A stretch of 63,814 nucleotides of DNA, counting the filler, from Cercozoa sp. M6MM (taxonomy: Eukaryota > Protista > Endomyxa: Ascetosporea), in NCBI GenBank assembly GCA_040357565.1. It is 11 parts of 11 records of this genome, joined end to end, with 100 filler letters (N's around TTAATTAATTAA, not from the genome) between each part and the next. Parts side by side here need not be neighbours in the genome. Positions count along the whole stretch, not along the records: positions 34,435 to 56,093 come from JBDODJ010000191.1; 10 more parts are not named here. One strand, given 5' to 3'. Position numbers and translations under genes: made by a program. Under the pieces are notes generated by a model. That model had not been told where the DNA came from and searched no databases. It saw only the letters and a program-made list of their open reading frames with translations. Positions 34,871 to 47,791 of the stretch are shown one piece after another (the stretch's first letter is position 1; every line of letters starts with the position of its first letter).

Positions 34871-37060
34871 CCCGAATAGTGTCGCCGCACACGACGACAC
34901 TCTTCTCGCAGAGAGCGCTGTAGAGAACGTCGCGCGGCACGCGCAGCACCGACGCTGTCCGGCGCAGTGTCTCCTCGTTACTGACACTTGCACTCTCCTC
35001 GCCTATACACATAGTACATATGTACAGTACATACGCACAGTACAAATAGACAGCCGTACAAACGGACTGATGGACAGTACACATGGACATTACTTGTACG
35101 ATACCCTCAAACTCAAGTTCGCCCAAGTGCAACACTGCGGCCAACACGCGCCAGATTTCGCTGTCGCTGCTCTTGCACTCTGTCTTGAAGGGGTAAGGGT
35201 TCAGAAAAGGTAAAGCCGGTTAAAGGGGTGGAACGGGGGGAGGGGGTAAGATGGGTAAAGACGCACCCGACTGCTGGCACAGCTTGGCCACGGCAGCGCG
35301 CACCGTCGCGAATTCTGCCGCATCGGCATCCTCGCGTTCCAGATCGACTTTCTCCTGTCACAGGAGGTCAAGAGGGGCAAAGCAAATTAAGGGGGACAAA
35401 ACAACAACACTACAGCTGCGATGCCCTTGTCAGTCGTGGCCAGGAGAAACGCAAAGTTCGAATGGTGCAAATGTAGCTCCTTGGCCTAGACACATGTCCA
35501 AACATCGCTACATGATTAATGAGACATGTTAAACCAACAACAAGTGTACCAGAGCAGGAGCACACCGTCGTAGACCTGCGCAGAGTTGATGCAGAATGTG
35601 GAAATTCCGCTCTCCAACCGCGTGCCTGACGACTCGACTCTTTTCCAACAAGTACTGAATTATCCGCGCTCCAGACTGCTCGAAAACACAGTGAGGTGTA
35701 GTTGCACACACTCACACAGACTAAAACTCAAAAAAACGTACGATGCTTTTGGTCGAGCCGGTTCCGGTGAGATCGAGTGCGAGCCACTTGCCGAATCGAC
35801 TGCTGTTGTCATTTCTTGTAGTCTTGGCATTGCCAAAGGCTTCCAGCACAGGTGACGTGGCCACTAGTCTTTCGCCGACGCCTCCTACGTCATAGTAAAG
35901 GCTCGAAATACGAGGCAAAGGCTAGGGAAGTAAACTGTACCGCCGCCACATGTCTCGGACAGGAAGTGCAGCAGCGACTTTGTGCTCTCCGTCTTGCCGG
36001 CGCCACTCTCGCCCGAGATGATGACCGACTGGTCGTGCGCAGGTTCGCCCCAGCCACTTGCTAAATTAAGTGTCGCATTCATAGTCCCCTCTGGGGAGGT
36101 GGAGGGTTGGAAGTACCTCCACGCAAAGCAGCAGCGGCGATAGAATAAATATGAGGTGGCAGCTTCCACTGCAACGAACAATGCCAACAACACCACAAAC
36201 AGAAAGCAGAAAAGGTACAATGTCTCCGTCGGCACCTTGCGCTGCATGTGCGTACTTTGCGATCAAGTCAACGGCACACAGAGCGGGCTGTAGCAGACAT
36301 AAGGAGATAAAGGAGTAGGAAACAGAGAAATACAGGAAGGCATACAATGACGCGGTAAGGATTCGTAGCCAGCAGCGTTGGTCCCACTCGTGAATAAATC
36401 TTGTCCTCACTACAAGTCAAGTCAGGTCATCTTATGTCAATTCGGCTGAATTCAGTCAAGTCAAGTTGAACTGAATCAGAGGTCGATGCAGTTAGCTAGG
36501 ATACCTGTATCTCTTGCGTAGTGCTCTCAAGACAGCGCCTGCTCCAAAGTCTCGCAACTGCCGCATTAGGACACCTCGTCGAGTCAGCAAACGATTCAAC
36601 TGATCGAACAATTTACCAGCGAGAAGTCGCTCGGAATCACTTCGGGTAATGCAGCAGCCTCCAGCACGTCTTTCGACAAGCGCTGCACTGTGTCGCACAC
36701 ACTAGTTCGCGCCGCACCAGGTGTGCCGTCTTCTTCGCGCAGCGGCATCACTCGGACACTCACCGTGCCGTCCGAATGTCGCTGAGGGAAATAGGGAGTA
36801 AACTGCCTCATGACTGAGAAACTGCCAGTTCGCAAGGGATACCTCAAGCACGCGAGCACATGCCAGAGCGCGAGTCGATTGAAGTGGCACCCAAACGAGA
36901 TCGGCATCGTGCATCTCTCGCGCCTGCCTCTGCGCCACTAAAGCCCACGCTACCGCAACCCTGCCCTTTACGGGGGGGAAAGCACTCAATCGTGCAGTAC
37001 CCCGATGCGAAGCAGACGCAGAGTCCGGAAGCACACACAGATGGCACCTGCACACACCCT
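34871..37060 (-). CDS. Myosin, motor domain N-terminal part; 3' partial, start approximate
   Basis: [18 protein letters not shown] (P-loop), [20 protein letters not shown] (switch I), YLLEKSRVV...[16 protein letters not shown]. Confidence 0.96.
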
Positions 37061-37631
37061 GTAGGTTAACCGATCTGCACTAAGAATCTGCACAACATTC
37101 CTTGATGGTCAAATGTGTCTCGTTGTTGGGCCGATTTCTTGGGGCTGCTTGAGAAGGAATCATGAGATCAGCGAACTTGTGGATCGGAGCAGCTTTCAGA
37201 GCTTGATCAGGCTAATTTTCCATCTTAGAAGATGCTATCCCTGCCAATGTTAGTACTTTTTCAACAACCATCAATAATCAGCAATTCATCTCTTGAGAGA
37301 ATTTTTGCACGGAAAGAAAGGCTCGTGCTTTGTGAGTAGCAGCAACGGCGTGTGTGCATTAGAGACAACTTATAAACGTTCTCGGTATTGAGAAATCTTG
37401 TGGGTTTGCTGCGATCGTTTTTTGTTTTTCGGTTGGGACGAATTTGTGCTCTTGGGACTCGGCCGTTCGCTCCTGAACTTCCGAAGCGAAACTCCCTCGG
37501 GGAAACCCCTCGCTGCGCTTTGTTGGAAATTTAATCTGTCGCATTGAGTTAACGTATTTGTATCAGAAAAGTCCCCTCCCTGTCATCTCGACAGATTGTC
37601 TAAAGAGTAGCCACTCAGTTTTCGTGCAGTC

Positions 37632-38098
37632 ATGGTAAAACCCAGTTTGCACGCATGCCGCGTTGTTTTGACGTTGTTTTTGGTTTGGCAGTCGCACTAC
37701 GATAACGATCCGCGAGCGCAACGCACGCGCGACATCGAGGCCGACATTGACCATGTAGCGGACACTGTGTGTCTTGCAGCTTGCCAGGCGATGTTTCTTG
37801 GGGCAGGTGAAGGGCCGCATGGTGGAGAACATTGACTTGGCCATGCAACGCGGCGAGCAACTCGAAGTTCTCGAGGCCAAGTCGCAGACACTCGAAAACG
37901 ACGCCGATCAGTACCGCAAGGGCTCGCGGCAAGTGCGTCGTACCTACTGCATCCGAAAATGGCGCAACATCTGCATTCTCGTCTTCCTGTTGGTGCCCTT
38001 TCTTTGCTTTTGGCTTGTCGTGATTTGTGGGATCACTGTGTTGTGTTTCCGTTGTTTAGGCACTGTTGATTTTGATTCTCTACTTCATTCTGAAGTGA
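37632..38098 (+). CDS. Synaptobrevin/VAMP R-SNARE (brevin type, no longin domain)
   Basis: M|SHYDND...DH|VKGRMVENIDLAMQRGEQLEVLEAKSQTL...KWRN followed by the C-terminal TM ILVFLL|ALLILILYFILK*. Confidence 0.92.
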
Positions 38099-38437
38099 CG
38101 AGCACGTCGTGCTTGAGCCCCAACCAGCCATTGCAACACGTCTGCTCAAGTAGCCGAGGCTCGGCGGGTTTTTAACAGCGCAGCGGGCCAGCTGTTCCCT
38201 TCTTTACCGTACCTATAATACTGTACACAACGCAGCTACCCAACCGTACTGCAACCGTACTGCAAACTTATAGCTGGGCGAGCGCTACGCGACAGTTCGC
38301 TTGCGCCACGCCATGCACCAGGCCAGAAGGCAAACCGTGACAAAATGCTCGGCCAGTCCAGTGAAATGAAACGAAAACGGAAAGCCAGAGTGCGGATCAG
38401 ACCAGCTGAGAATCCGAATGCCGTCAACTTGCACAGA

Positions 38438-40332
38438 TCACATGATGAGACACGGCGGTTGGTCAATGTCGCTGGCGGCGTACTGGGACGAACGCGTCGC
38501 GTGCTGCACAGTGTGCACCTGAGCAGAGCGAGAGAGAAGTACAGCGCGGTGTTAGAGTACAGGGCAAACAAACACAAGTTATGAAAAAAATAGGTACTGG
38601 AGGCTCGGCAGGCGTGATGAGAGCTGCTCCCATCTTGCGTTTTCGTGCCTGCGCAGAGCAAGCAAATCCAGCAAACACCATTGTGAAAGCAAGGTGAAAG
38701 CAGCATACGAGAGAGCGCATGTGGTCCAGAGCAGCTGCTTTGTTTGTCTCCGAGTTTTCCGACATGCCGGCCAACGAGTCGTCTCTACGCCAACAACAAC
38801 AAGATCGATCAACATCCAAAAAAGGAAAATCCAGCCCACGTCATGGCAGTCGAAACACTATGACCGACCGTCTTGCGCGAGAACATGACGAGCTCGCCTG
38901 TCGCACAGATACAAAACTGAATGGCACTGAATGACAGTGGCTGAGTACCTGAGCAGTCGCCAGTATGCTCAGGCAGCGACAAGTTGGCACACAACTCTTC
39001 AGCCGCACTTCGCGGAAAGTACAGCGGCAGGATCTGCTTGTAGACGCGCTCGTCGCGAGAGGCGTCGACGCAGAGAACGACGCGACCCAGTTTGCGGCCG
39101 TGCTGTTCCAGGAACCGACGCAACGCTCGGCACACTGTGCAACGTGTAGTTCAACTGCGACGCCCACACAAGTGGAACAGAGCAAACGCACCGACATGCA
39201 CAGCCGCGCTGAACGGGTATCCTCTGTCTTCTGTGTGAAGAACCGGAATCGCTACGTCGTGAATGCGCTTCTCCACACAGAGTTCTAGCACCTAAATCGA
39301 GAAACGCAAGAATCAACGCTTTGCCAGCACTCAGGAGTCAAGCACAGAGGCTACGGATCGCATGCATGACTTGAGAGCATTCTGAGCAGCCGTGGCGTAC
39401 TTCTCCGACCACCGAGGGCCGACTGTGTGGATCACGTGCCTTTACCACAAACAATAACCTTGCGAAACGTGTCAGTATGGAAGAGAGGCCAAGTACGAAG
39501 CATGCAGGTCAAAGCCTGGCGCGATGCCTGCACAACCGGTTCGTGTCGCTTCCTGCACCCGACAATTATTGAAACAAAAACCTGCGACAAGTTAAACCAC
39601 CTGGTTCGCGTAGAATTCGGTCAGCGAAGGTCCCGCACGGTCCAGAATTCGGCCAGAAACGCCAAGCTGAAAGCATGCAAAAAAATCACAGGTTTAGCAA
39701 CAAGCAGCACTACCAAAAAAATGCGAGTCGCACCTTATTTCTCATACGGCTGTCGGTGGGATTCACAATCGCTTCGATCGCAAGCGATGTGATGTCGCCA
39801 CGCCACAGCACAATACGCTTGTTCACGTCCTCGCGAAATGCTGTTTGAGGAAATGCCAAAAAATGAAAAACAGGAAAAAACGAAACTGCACGAAACGGAA
39901 AACGCACGAAAGCGCGACTCTGGCGTCGGCCAGTAGGACGCATCAACCACTTCAGTCGCACCATCAACCTGCAAAAAACACACACAGTTTGATTAAAAGG
40001 CAAAGCAAAACCAGTGAAAGTACCGTAGTGAATGCAGCTTTCAGGTCGCGCAGACGCACTCTGTGTTCTCTGTGTCGTTGTCGCGCTTCCTTCTGCTCGT
40101 TCAGGCCAGTCAACTCCTCTACAACAAGGTTGTTCATCGACAAAAATACAGGTTACCAGCGCATCCGATGCTTTCTGTAGGGTTTCCTCGTCGAAACTGG
40201 CGGCTTGGGTGTCCTACAGTACCACCAAAGCCAAGTCGCACTCGCGATCAGAAATAAAGATGTTAGATTGTTGAAAGAATCAAATACCGCCCATCTGGGC
40301 AAACGAGCAAACTGCACAGGCTCCATGACCAT
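38438..40332 (-). CDS. GDAP2: GDAP2-like macro-domain protein, lacking CRAL-TRIO and ending in CaaX (CLIM*)
   Basis: RIVLWRGDITSLAIEAIVNPT, RTG...GFDL, HVIHTVGPRWSEKYATAAQNAL, GYP, RRFLE, YKQILPLYFPRSAAEE...LP...G..GE are GDAP2-specific motifs. Confidence 0.85.
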
Positions 40333-40517
40333 GCTTGGTGCCTCGAGGAACAACAGATGGGACTCACAGCTTTTGGCTCAAAAATACAGCGAATCCAAGT
40401 TGAGCCACAGCAGGTTTTAGGCAGTCTCGCGTCGAGCTGAGTGCGTGAATTGCGCATATTTGTTCAAGAAACGCATCGGGTGCACTCCGTGGCTGTTAAT
40501 AGCGAAGTTACTCACAA

Positions 40518-41683
40518 ATGGTCGAGGAATATTCGGGTGGTGATGTTGGTGCGTGATTCTCAATTGTACCATGAATATGCACCGTTCATGTTTCTCGCCA
40601 TGGTTAGACGCGATTCTGAAGCTGCCTTCGGTTGTGCTGTTGTTCTGGACTGAGTGGCATGCGCCGAGCAAGGTAGAATATCTTTGCTTGAGTGTCAGTG
40701 AGCTCCAGTCTGTGGTATGTTTGTCTTGGTGCAGGCGCTGTTCCCGGTGTTTGACCAGCTGGCTAGTGACACGCCAAACACAAAGTTCTTCCGCGTGGAA
40801 GCTGGTACACCTGTCTCTGTTATTTGTTCGGGGAGAGAGAGAGATTATCCTGCCACAGAACAGTACGCCTCGCTGACGGCGCGTTTCCCGCAGATCTCGG
40901 CTGTGCCTGCTGCTGCCGGTAGTCTAGCTAGTCCCCTGAGCTTTTAAAGAGAGGGAAGATAGGGTTTCTATAAGTGTTATGTGTGTGTTACTGTAGTCCT
41001 GCGCAATGGCAAGTGCGTCGTCATGAGCGACGATGTCGCGGCCGCCTCGCTCGTGCAGCTCGTGCAAAAGAACTGCGCCAACGCGATGTCTGCTGTGGTA
41101 CTCCCCCTTCCCCCCTCTACCCCTGCTGACTAGAAGAAGTGATGTGTGCATGTGGACAGGACCCGCAACAGAAGCTGCAGGAGCGACTGGCCAAGTTGGT
41201 GGCCGCATCGCCCGTGATGCTCTTCATGAAGGTATGCGGTGTATACTTAAGGATGTGCAGTCTTGATTAAAGAGGCGGTGCAGGGTACTCCAGACAGTCC
41301 GCGCTGTGGTTTCTCGCGTCAGATTGTCGCGATCCTCAAGGAGCACGGGGTAGCTGTTCCTATGTGTGTTTGCTGTATACACCTACCGAAAATCGATGTT
41401 GGTTCCTCTGCCTCAGGTCGTGTACGGTTCGTTCGACATTCTCAGCGACAACGAGGTGCGACAGGGTCTCAAGGAGTTCAGCAACTGGCCGACCTATCCG
41501 CAGCTTTACGTCAACGGCAAGTTGCTCGGCGGTCTCGAGTACCCTGCCTCTTGTACTATCTCTGGCTTTGCCGTTACTCCCTCCCCCCGGCAGTGTCATT
41601 CGCGAACTGGTCGAGGACGAGGAGTTCCTCGACATGATTCCGCAGGTACTTCAATCTACCCGTCTGTGCAAGCTCACCTACAG

Positions 41684-41746
<63 letters not shown>

Positions 41747-42212
41747 TGCATGTGCGTGTGTTGTGACTACAGGAGAGCCGCAAGTCGTCGCTCAACAAGC
41801 GGCTGCAGCAACTCGTGTCGCAGCGTCGAGTCATGCTGTTTATGAAGGTGCCCTGCACTATACTCGGTGTGCGTTTGTGCGTGTGTTTGTACCCTCTATC
41901 TTCTATGTGTACCTGTGCAACAGGGCTCGCCAGACGAGCCCAGATGCGGTTTCTCGCGCCAGATGGTCGCGCTGCTGTCGCGTCACATTGATGTAGGATT
42001 GCTACCATTGCCATATGCATATATACATATATTTATGTATATATATATAGTAATGTGTGGTTGATTGACTCAGTTCAAGAGCGGCGACGTCGGTACGTTC
42101 GACATCCTCAGCGACAATGACGTGCGACAAGGCCTCAAGGAGTTCAGCAAGTGGCCCACCTACCCGCAGCTCTACGTCGGCGGCAAGCTGCTCGGCGGTC
42201 TTGAGTACCTTG

Positions 42213-42263
<51 letters not shown>

Positions 42264-42362
42264 CCCTCCCTGTCCCTTGTGTACACCTGCTATTGTGCAA
42301 TGCGATTCAGCGTGGCACGCGAGCTCGAGGAGGACGAAGAACTCGCCGACATGCTTGGCTAA
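40518..42362 (+). CDS. GLRX3: Glutaredoxin-3/PICOT (Trx-like domain plus two CGFS monothiol Grx domains)
   Basis: [10 protein letters not shown] Trx-like domain, then two copies of [16 protein letters not shown]...[33 protein letters not shown]. Confidence 0.96.
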
Positions 42363-42465
42363 ACCTGCCGGTTTCGTACGGTCGTGCGCGTCGACAAACG
42401 TTTTTTACGGCTACGGCTACAACGTAAACTAAAAAATCATATAGTTCGAATTCATGCCAAAGAAG

Positions 42466-42591
42466 TTGAAGTGTTTTGCTCAGGTTGAGAGCTGGTAACT
42501 TTACAATTGACTTGCTATCTTGAGCACGCAAGAGGGTTTATGTTTGTTGAATCCTTCGACCCGACCTTACTTTTCTTTAGTCGTTGTCTTC
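42466..42591. repeat. Dispersed repeat; condensed copy of segments at about 60418-60461, 60597-60631 and 60762-60798
   Basis: Shared blocks TTGAAGTGTTTTGCT.AGGTTGA.AGCTGGTAAC, GACTTGCT..CTTGAGCA.GCAAGAGGGTTT and CGACCTTAC...TTCTTTAGTCGTTGTCTTC. Confidence 0.85.
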
Positions 42592-42731
42592 TATGTATGG
42601 TCGTTTAAGTTATTGTTCCTCCAACGTCGGTCTCAGATATGTTGTCATTCTGAATCACCTCCTGTTTTATTTTGCTCAACTGAAGATACCCTATCGGGTA
42701 GTAATTTAGCATTGAATATAACTGACGTGAG

Positions 42732-43215
42732 TTACGACTGGACGCCGTAGACAAGGTCGACACCAGCAAGGCTTGCCGAGTTGATTTTGATGTCGACATC
42801 GACGTCCAAATCGCCACTGAGCTGCTTGGATATCGGGCCGAGGCCGAGCACTGTGAGTTTATGTGGATGGGTAGGATGGGTGCTATACTACAGAGCGCCA
42901 ATAACTGAATACCTTGCTCCAAAGCTGAAACGTCATCGGAGATCTCGAGCACATTGGTAACCATCCGAGTTATTCCTCCAATTGCCCGCTCGCTCAGTCC
43001 TAGCACACACCCTACAGTGTTGATGTCGAGACATGAGCGCATCTGGTACCTTGCACGCGCTGCTGCAGGTCGGTTTGAATGTCTTGAATAAGCATGACTT
43101 TCTTTATCTGTTTCTCTGTGAGCTCCAAGTCGTTCAGCTCCTGCAGCGTCTTCTCGTCAGGCTTGAATGCTGCTGCTGAGGAAATGAACAGTGCGGAAAC
43201 GATGGCCTGAAGCAT
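42732..43215 (-). CDS. Small secreted hypothetical protein
   Basis: Signal-peptide-like MLQAIVSALFISSAAAF; 2 GT-AG introns; ends ...GVDLVYGVQS*. Confidence 0.65.
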
Positions 43216-43710
43216 TGACTGTTGCGAGTGAATTCAAGGAAGCGGGTCCAGGCAAGAGTCTTGCGACACGAAGTAAGAGTGGGTTGAAAACAAATGATTC
43301 TGTAAGGGAAACAGAATGCGAGGCGTTTCTTCCCTTTCGCATTGCAGAAACGCCGGAAACCCGAGCACTTGCGATCTAAAGCGTCGGTCTCACCAAACTC
43401 GCGTCAATGTCAACCAAAACGACACGACATGGGCTTCGCACCCACAAAGACTCACATCTCATCACATCACATCACATCACACCACATCACATCACTGGCA
43501 CAACACTACCATTGGCCGGTGCCTCTTCCGCGACACCACCGCTCATTTCTGCGGCGCGTGCGCTCTGCTGCGCCGCTGTGATTCACAACCAACCAGATGT
43601 ATAATTTACACTCGACCGCTGGTTTCTTCGCAGACTGAACTGCTAACTAACTGACGAAATAGTCGTATAAACGCAACTCAACTAGCTTTAGCAAGAGAAA
43701 ACGCAGAGTC

Positions 43711-46700
43711 TCAGTTGGAGAGCTGCTGCTGCAGCGAGGCGAGCAGCTTGTGACCTTCGGTGCCGTAGTTGACGGGACGCGCGGCAATGACGACGGCGCG
43801 GCGACGCTCGGTGCCCTGGTAGGTGTCGCGACTCATGCGCAGCGTCATGACGGCGGTCTGGAAGCGCGCGCGCTGCAGCACCTTGCGGTAGGCGCGGTCG
43901 TCACCTTGCTTGTAGAGGTGCCACAGCTGCTTGGCAGGCATGTTGTTAAACAGCGACGGCGCCACGCGGTCGAAGCACGTGGCCGAGATGTCACCCGTGC
44001 CATCACGCACCTGAGGGGGGGGGGTAGGGTAAGGTGAAGGTAGGGTAGGATGAAGGTAGGGTAGGGTGAAGGTAGGGTAGGGTGAAGGTCGGGTAGGGTG
44101 AAGGTAGGGCAGGAGTAGAGGCGGGAGTACGCGGAAGCGCGCAATGTAGCGCACGTCGCAGTCGGCGCTGCGGTGGCCACAGGCATTGCACACGTAGCCG
44201 CCATCGTCGTCCTGCATGACGCGCTTGCTGCAGTCGTTGCCTTGGCACGCCTCGTAGAATGGCGGCTTGTCGCGGTGCCACGTGTCCGTCAACGTGCACA
44301 TTGTCGTCACGTATTCGGCATTGTCCGACATGCCCTGGAGGAAGGGTATCATGAGTACATGGAGGGCACACAGAGGGCACACACAGAGGGCACACACAGA
44401 GGGTACACACAGAGGTAGGCCTACCAGGTTCTCCTCGTAGATGTCGGCAATGTGCTTGAGTTCGCCCTCGCGCGAGGCGCCGCCGTCGCCGCCAGGAGCA
44501 GAGAACTGCCGCACCTCGGTGCTGCTGCCGCCTTCGCTGTCGTACCAGTGCTGCAGACGCGTTGCTTCCTTCACGTCGCTGGGCGACACGTCGACGGCGC
44601 CAAGTGACACCTGCCGGCTGCCTTGGTACTCGCCAATACGCGCACGACGACACACCGCCACCTTGCCAACTACACACACGTACGCTTCCTATCCGCCCCC
44701 CGGCGAAGGGAAGCTACTACCTGCATTGTCGGGGAACTTGCGCGCCGCCTCGTTCCACAGTGTAGCTTCGACCTCGCCCGTCTCGTCGCGCAGTCGCACG
44801 CGCCGACGTGTGTACGGCCTGCCGGCTCGACTCGTGCCTTCCACCAGGTCGCCTGTCTCGCGCACAATGGCCACGACTACATCGGGGGGGGGGGGTGTAG
44901 ACAGGGTGAGGGGTAAGGGTGGATGGGGGTAACACTACCATCAACAGCGAGGCCCTCCTCCAGCGGCGTGTCCGGCGACGCGAACTCTTCAATTTTCTAA
45001 GTCGCAAACCGAGGGATAAAGCAAGGGGGAAAGAGAAGGAAAATGCTTAGGTTAGAGGGTAGGGATATAGGCGTACCTTGAAGTCGTACAAGGAGACAGC
45101 CGGCACAGCAGAAGTCTGATCGAGCGTGACCACCGAGTTGTCAAACAGCGAGATTTCGTAGCGACATTTGGTCGAGTTCCAGCGCGGGTTCTTGGGCTTC
45201 AGGCGACCGTTCGACACCCTGTGGGGGGGGGGTAGGGTGGGTCGTGAGGGAGGGGGGAGAAACACACCAGTAAGTCTTGCCGAGCTGGAAGGTGTTCTCC
45301 ATCATCTGTGCGACCTCGTTGAAGCCGACGATGCGCACGTCGACGCCGCTTTCGTCCTTGATCTCCACGTTCTTCAGCTGACCGCTGCGGTCGCCCTTGT
45401 TCCACTCCTATGCATATCAGTACATACAGACCAGTACATACGGACAGGTACATACGAACAGGTACATACGGACAGATACACATGGACTGTAAGCGTCCAG
45501 GTGGACAGGCACAGACAGGTACAAGTGGACCGTACCTTAAGGTCACCGACGTTGGTACAGATGCCGCGAATGGTAAAGTTCTTCTGGAAGGCATTCAGCT
45601 GCGAAATCGGCCGCGGCTGACTGTGACCCTCGGGCACGCTCTGCATGCCGCCGTGACCGGCCTGTCGCACACACATGTACGTCCATGCGATCGTACATAT
45701 GTACATGGCCATACAGGAGTGGTACAACCCTATCGGTACCTGGGCATGCACAGGTGAGCCAAAGGCAGGCGTCGGTGAATTCACCATTGGCGAGCCACCT
45801 CCTGTGTTCAAGGGGCACGTACAGGTATATGGGCAGGTAGGTATGTGGGTAGGTAGGTAGGTATGAGGGTAGGTATGTGGGTAGGCAGGTAAGTAGGTAG
45901 AGTTAGGGGAGGCAGTCAGGGTAGGCAGGTAGGATAGGTACCAGCAATGGCCGCGATTTCGCTGGAGATATCCGCGACGTCGTCAGGTCGTTTCTAAAAA
46001 GAAACAAAGGGATCTGATAAAAGGCAAGGAGACAGGAGGAAACTGTACGCCAGGCTGCAGTGTGTGGTTGCGGATGTGTTGCAACATCTTCTGATTGATC
46101 GATTGGTAGCGCTCGTTGGTCTGTTCGGGCAAAGGCAAGAGGTAAAGGACACAAGGGATTAATGGGCAAGAGGTAAAGGGCACAGGGGGTAAATGGACAA
46201 GGGACAAAGGACAAAAGGGTACGGGCAAAAACAATGGGTAAAATTTAAAGGGCACAAAAAGACAAAGAAGCACACGCACCTTGAGCCAGTTGCCGAACTT
46301 TTGCAGCGAGTCAGGCGACACATCCGCCTTGCCCTGTGTAGCCAAATCAACTTGTATGCACACGAGTACTTGTACTCTGTGCTTGTGTACTCTGAGCCTA
46401 CCAATGCAAGCTTCGACACACGCTGCAGCACAATCACGACGGCACCGTTTCGAGTCACATTCGTCTGGTATTCCTCGGCACGAACAATGCTACAAGGCAC
46501 CTTGCATTACCCCAGTGTTCCAATAGGAGTCCGTGCTTGCTAATACCTGTTCTCAGTGAGATCCTCGGGCGCCTCGTGAAGCGCGCATTGGCAGAACCAG
46601 TAGCCTACGCACACACGTGCAGAATGCACACAATTGGCGCATACGAACAAAGCGATACCGTCAGTAACGATAGCTTTGTAGCCGGCCTTGCTCTGGGCAA

Positions 46701-46863
46701 TCTTGAGCACTTGCCTGTAGCAAAGAAAAAACAACGACATCGATGACATCGACGCGGAGCACAAAGCATGAGTCCAAACGTACAAGGCGGGCTTGTAGCC
46801 AGTCACGTGTGAGCGGTTTTGCAGCACGATCAGCGGGATAGCGCCCTTGTCCAACGGAACCAT
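43711..46863 (-). CDS. RPA1: Replication protein A 70 kDa subunit
   Basis: OB-fold motifs PISQLNAFQKNFTIRG, DESGVDVRIVGFNE, DETGEVEATLWNE, LQHWY; C4 zinc finger YEACQGNDCSKRV...YVCNAC...RYI; DGTGDISATCFD. Confidence 0.95.
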
Positions 46864-47207
46864 CAAGCAGGGGAAATTCTAGCAGACGACAACTGATCGG
46901 GCAGAGTTGGCGTCTCTTGCAACTGAATAAATCAGAGTTGTTTTCACAGGAGCATGCCAAACAGAGCTGCCCCAGAAACCCAACAACGAGAAAAGCGCGG
47001 AAAAGTGCCACCCATCCATTAAACCTTAGCCCGCCATAATGAGGTTTATATTACAGATTGACACCGACTAGTTGGTTCTTTCCAGTCTTCGCCAAAAAGA
47101 CAGCAAAACAGTGGCAAAAAAAGGAAATTTGTCGAGATCAGACGACTGCTAATTGAGTGTTGTGCTGTGCTTGCGCGTGTTACTGCATATTTATTGCTAC
47201 CGCTACG

Positions 47208-47600
47208 ATGTCAGGTCTCGTACACCCGGTAGATTGTCGCCTTTTATTCGTTGGATTGTACCACCTCTTCTGTTTTGTGACATGCAGCCCAAAGTCGACA
47301 GCGCAATCCCATCGTTTTCTGAGCTCTGGAACTCGGCGTATAATGTACCTAATGCTCTGCCCTGCAAAGAATCGTATCGTGTGCTCAACAGAAACGAAAT
47401 TTATGGTCTGCAGGGTTTTTGCTTTGGCATGCTGCAGACTGCAGTTTCGTACGTGTTCGCCGTGCGGCAGGTCTGCCAAGCTGGTATCTTCTTCCCACTG
47501 GCCGCTTGACTCAGTGCTTTTGATGTACTTCTTTGATTTACAAACAGTCGCACACGCGCAAGACGCCTCCAGGGCCGCTTGAACACGAGCTGCCATGATT
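47208..47600 (+). CDS. Small hypothetical membrane protein
   Basis: MSGLVHP|PKVDSAIPSFSELWNS|ANEIYGLQGFCFGMLQTAVSYVFAVRQ joined through GT-AG introns; 3' end ambiguous. Confidence 0.4.
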
Positions 47601-47791
47601 GAGTCACCTGTTTGAACTGCTAGCGAACTGAACAAACGGGAAAGTGAGTTTAAAGTAGTTTTTTTGAAAGCGCAACATAGCGCGATTTGTCTCTTCCGCT
47701 CCAAATTGCGCTCCAACGACGGAGACGCAAGCCCACGTATGGGTTCAGTGGCTGAAGCGGTGCTAGTGGGCGGCAATCCAATCAATTCAGT

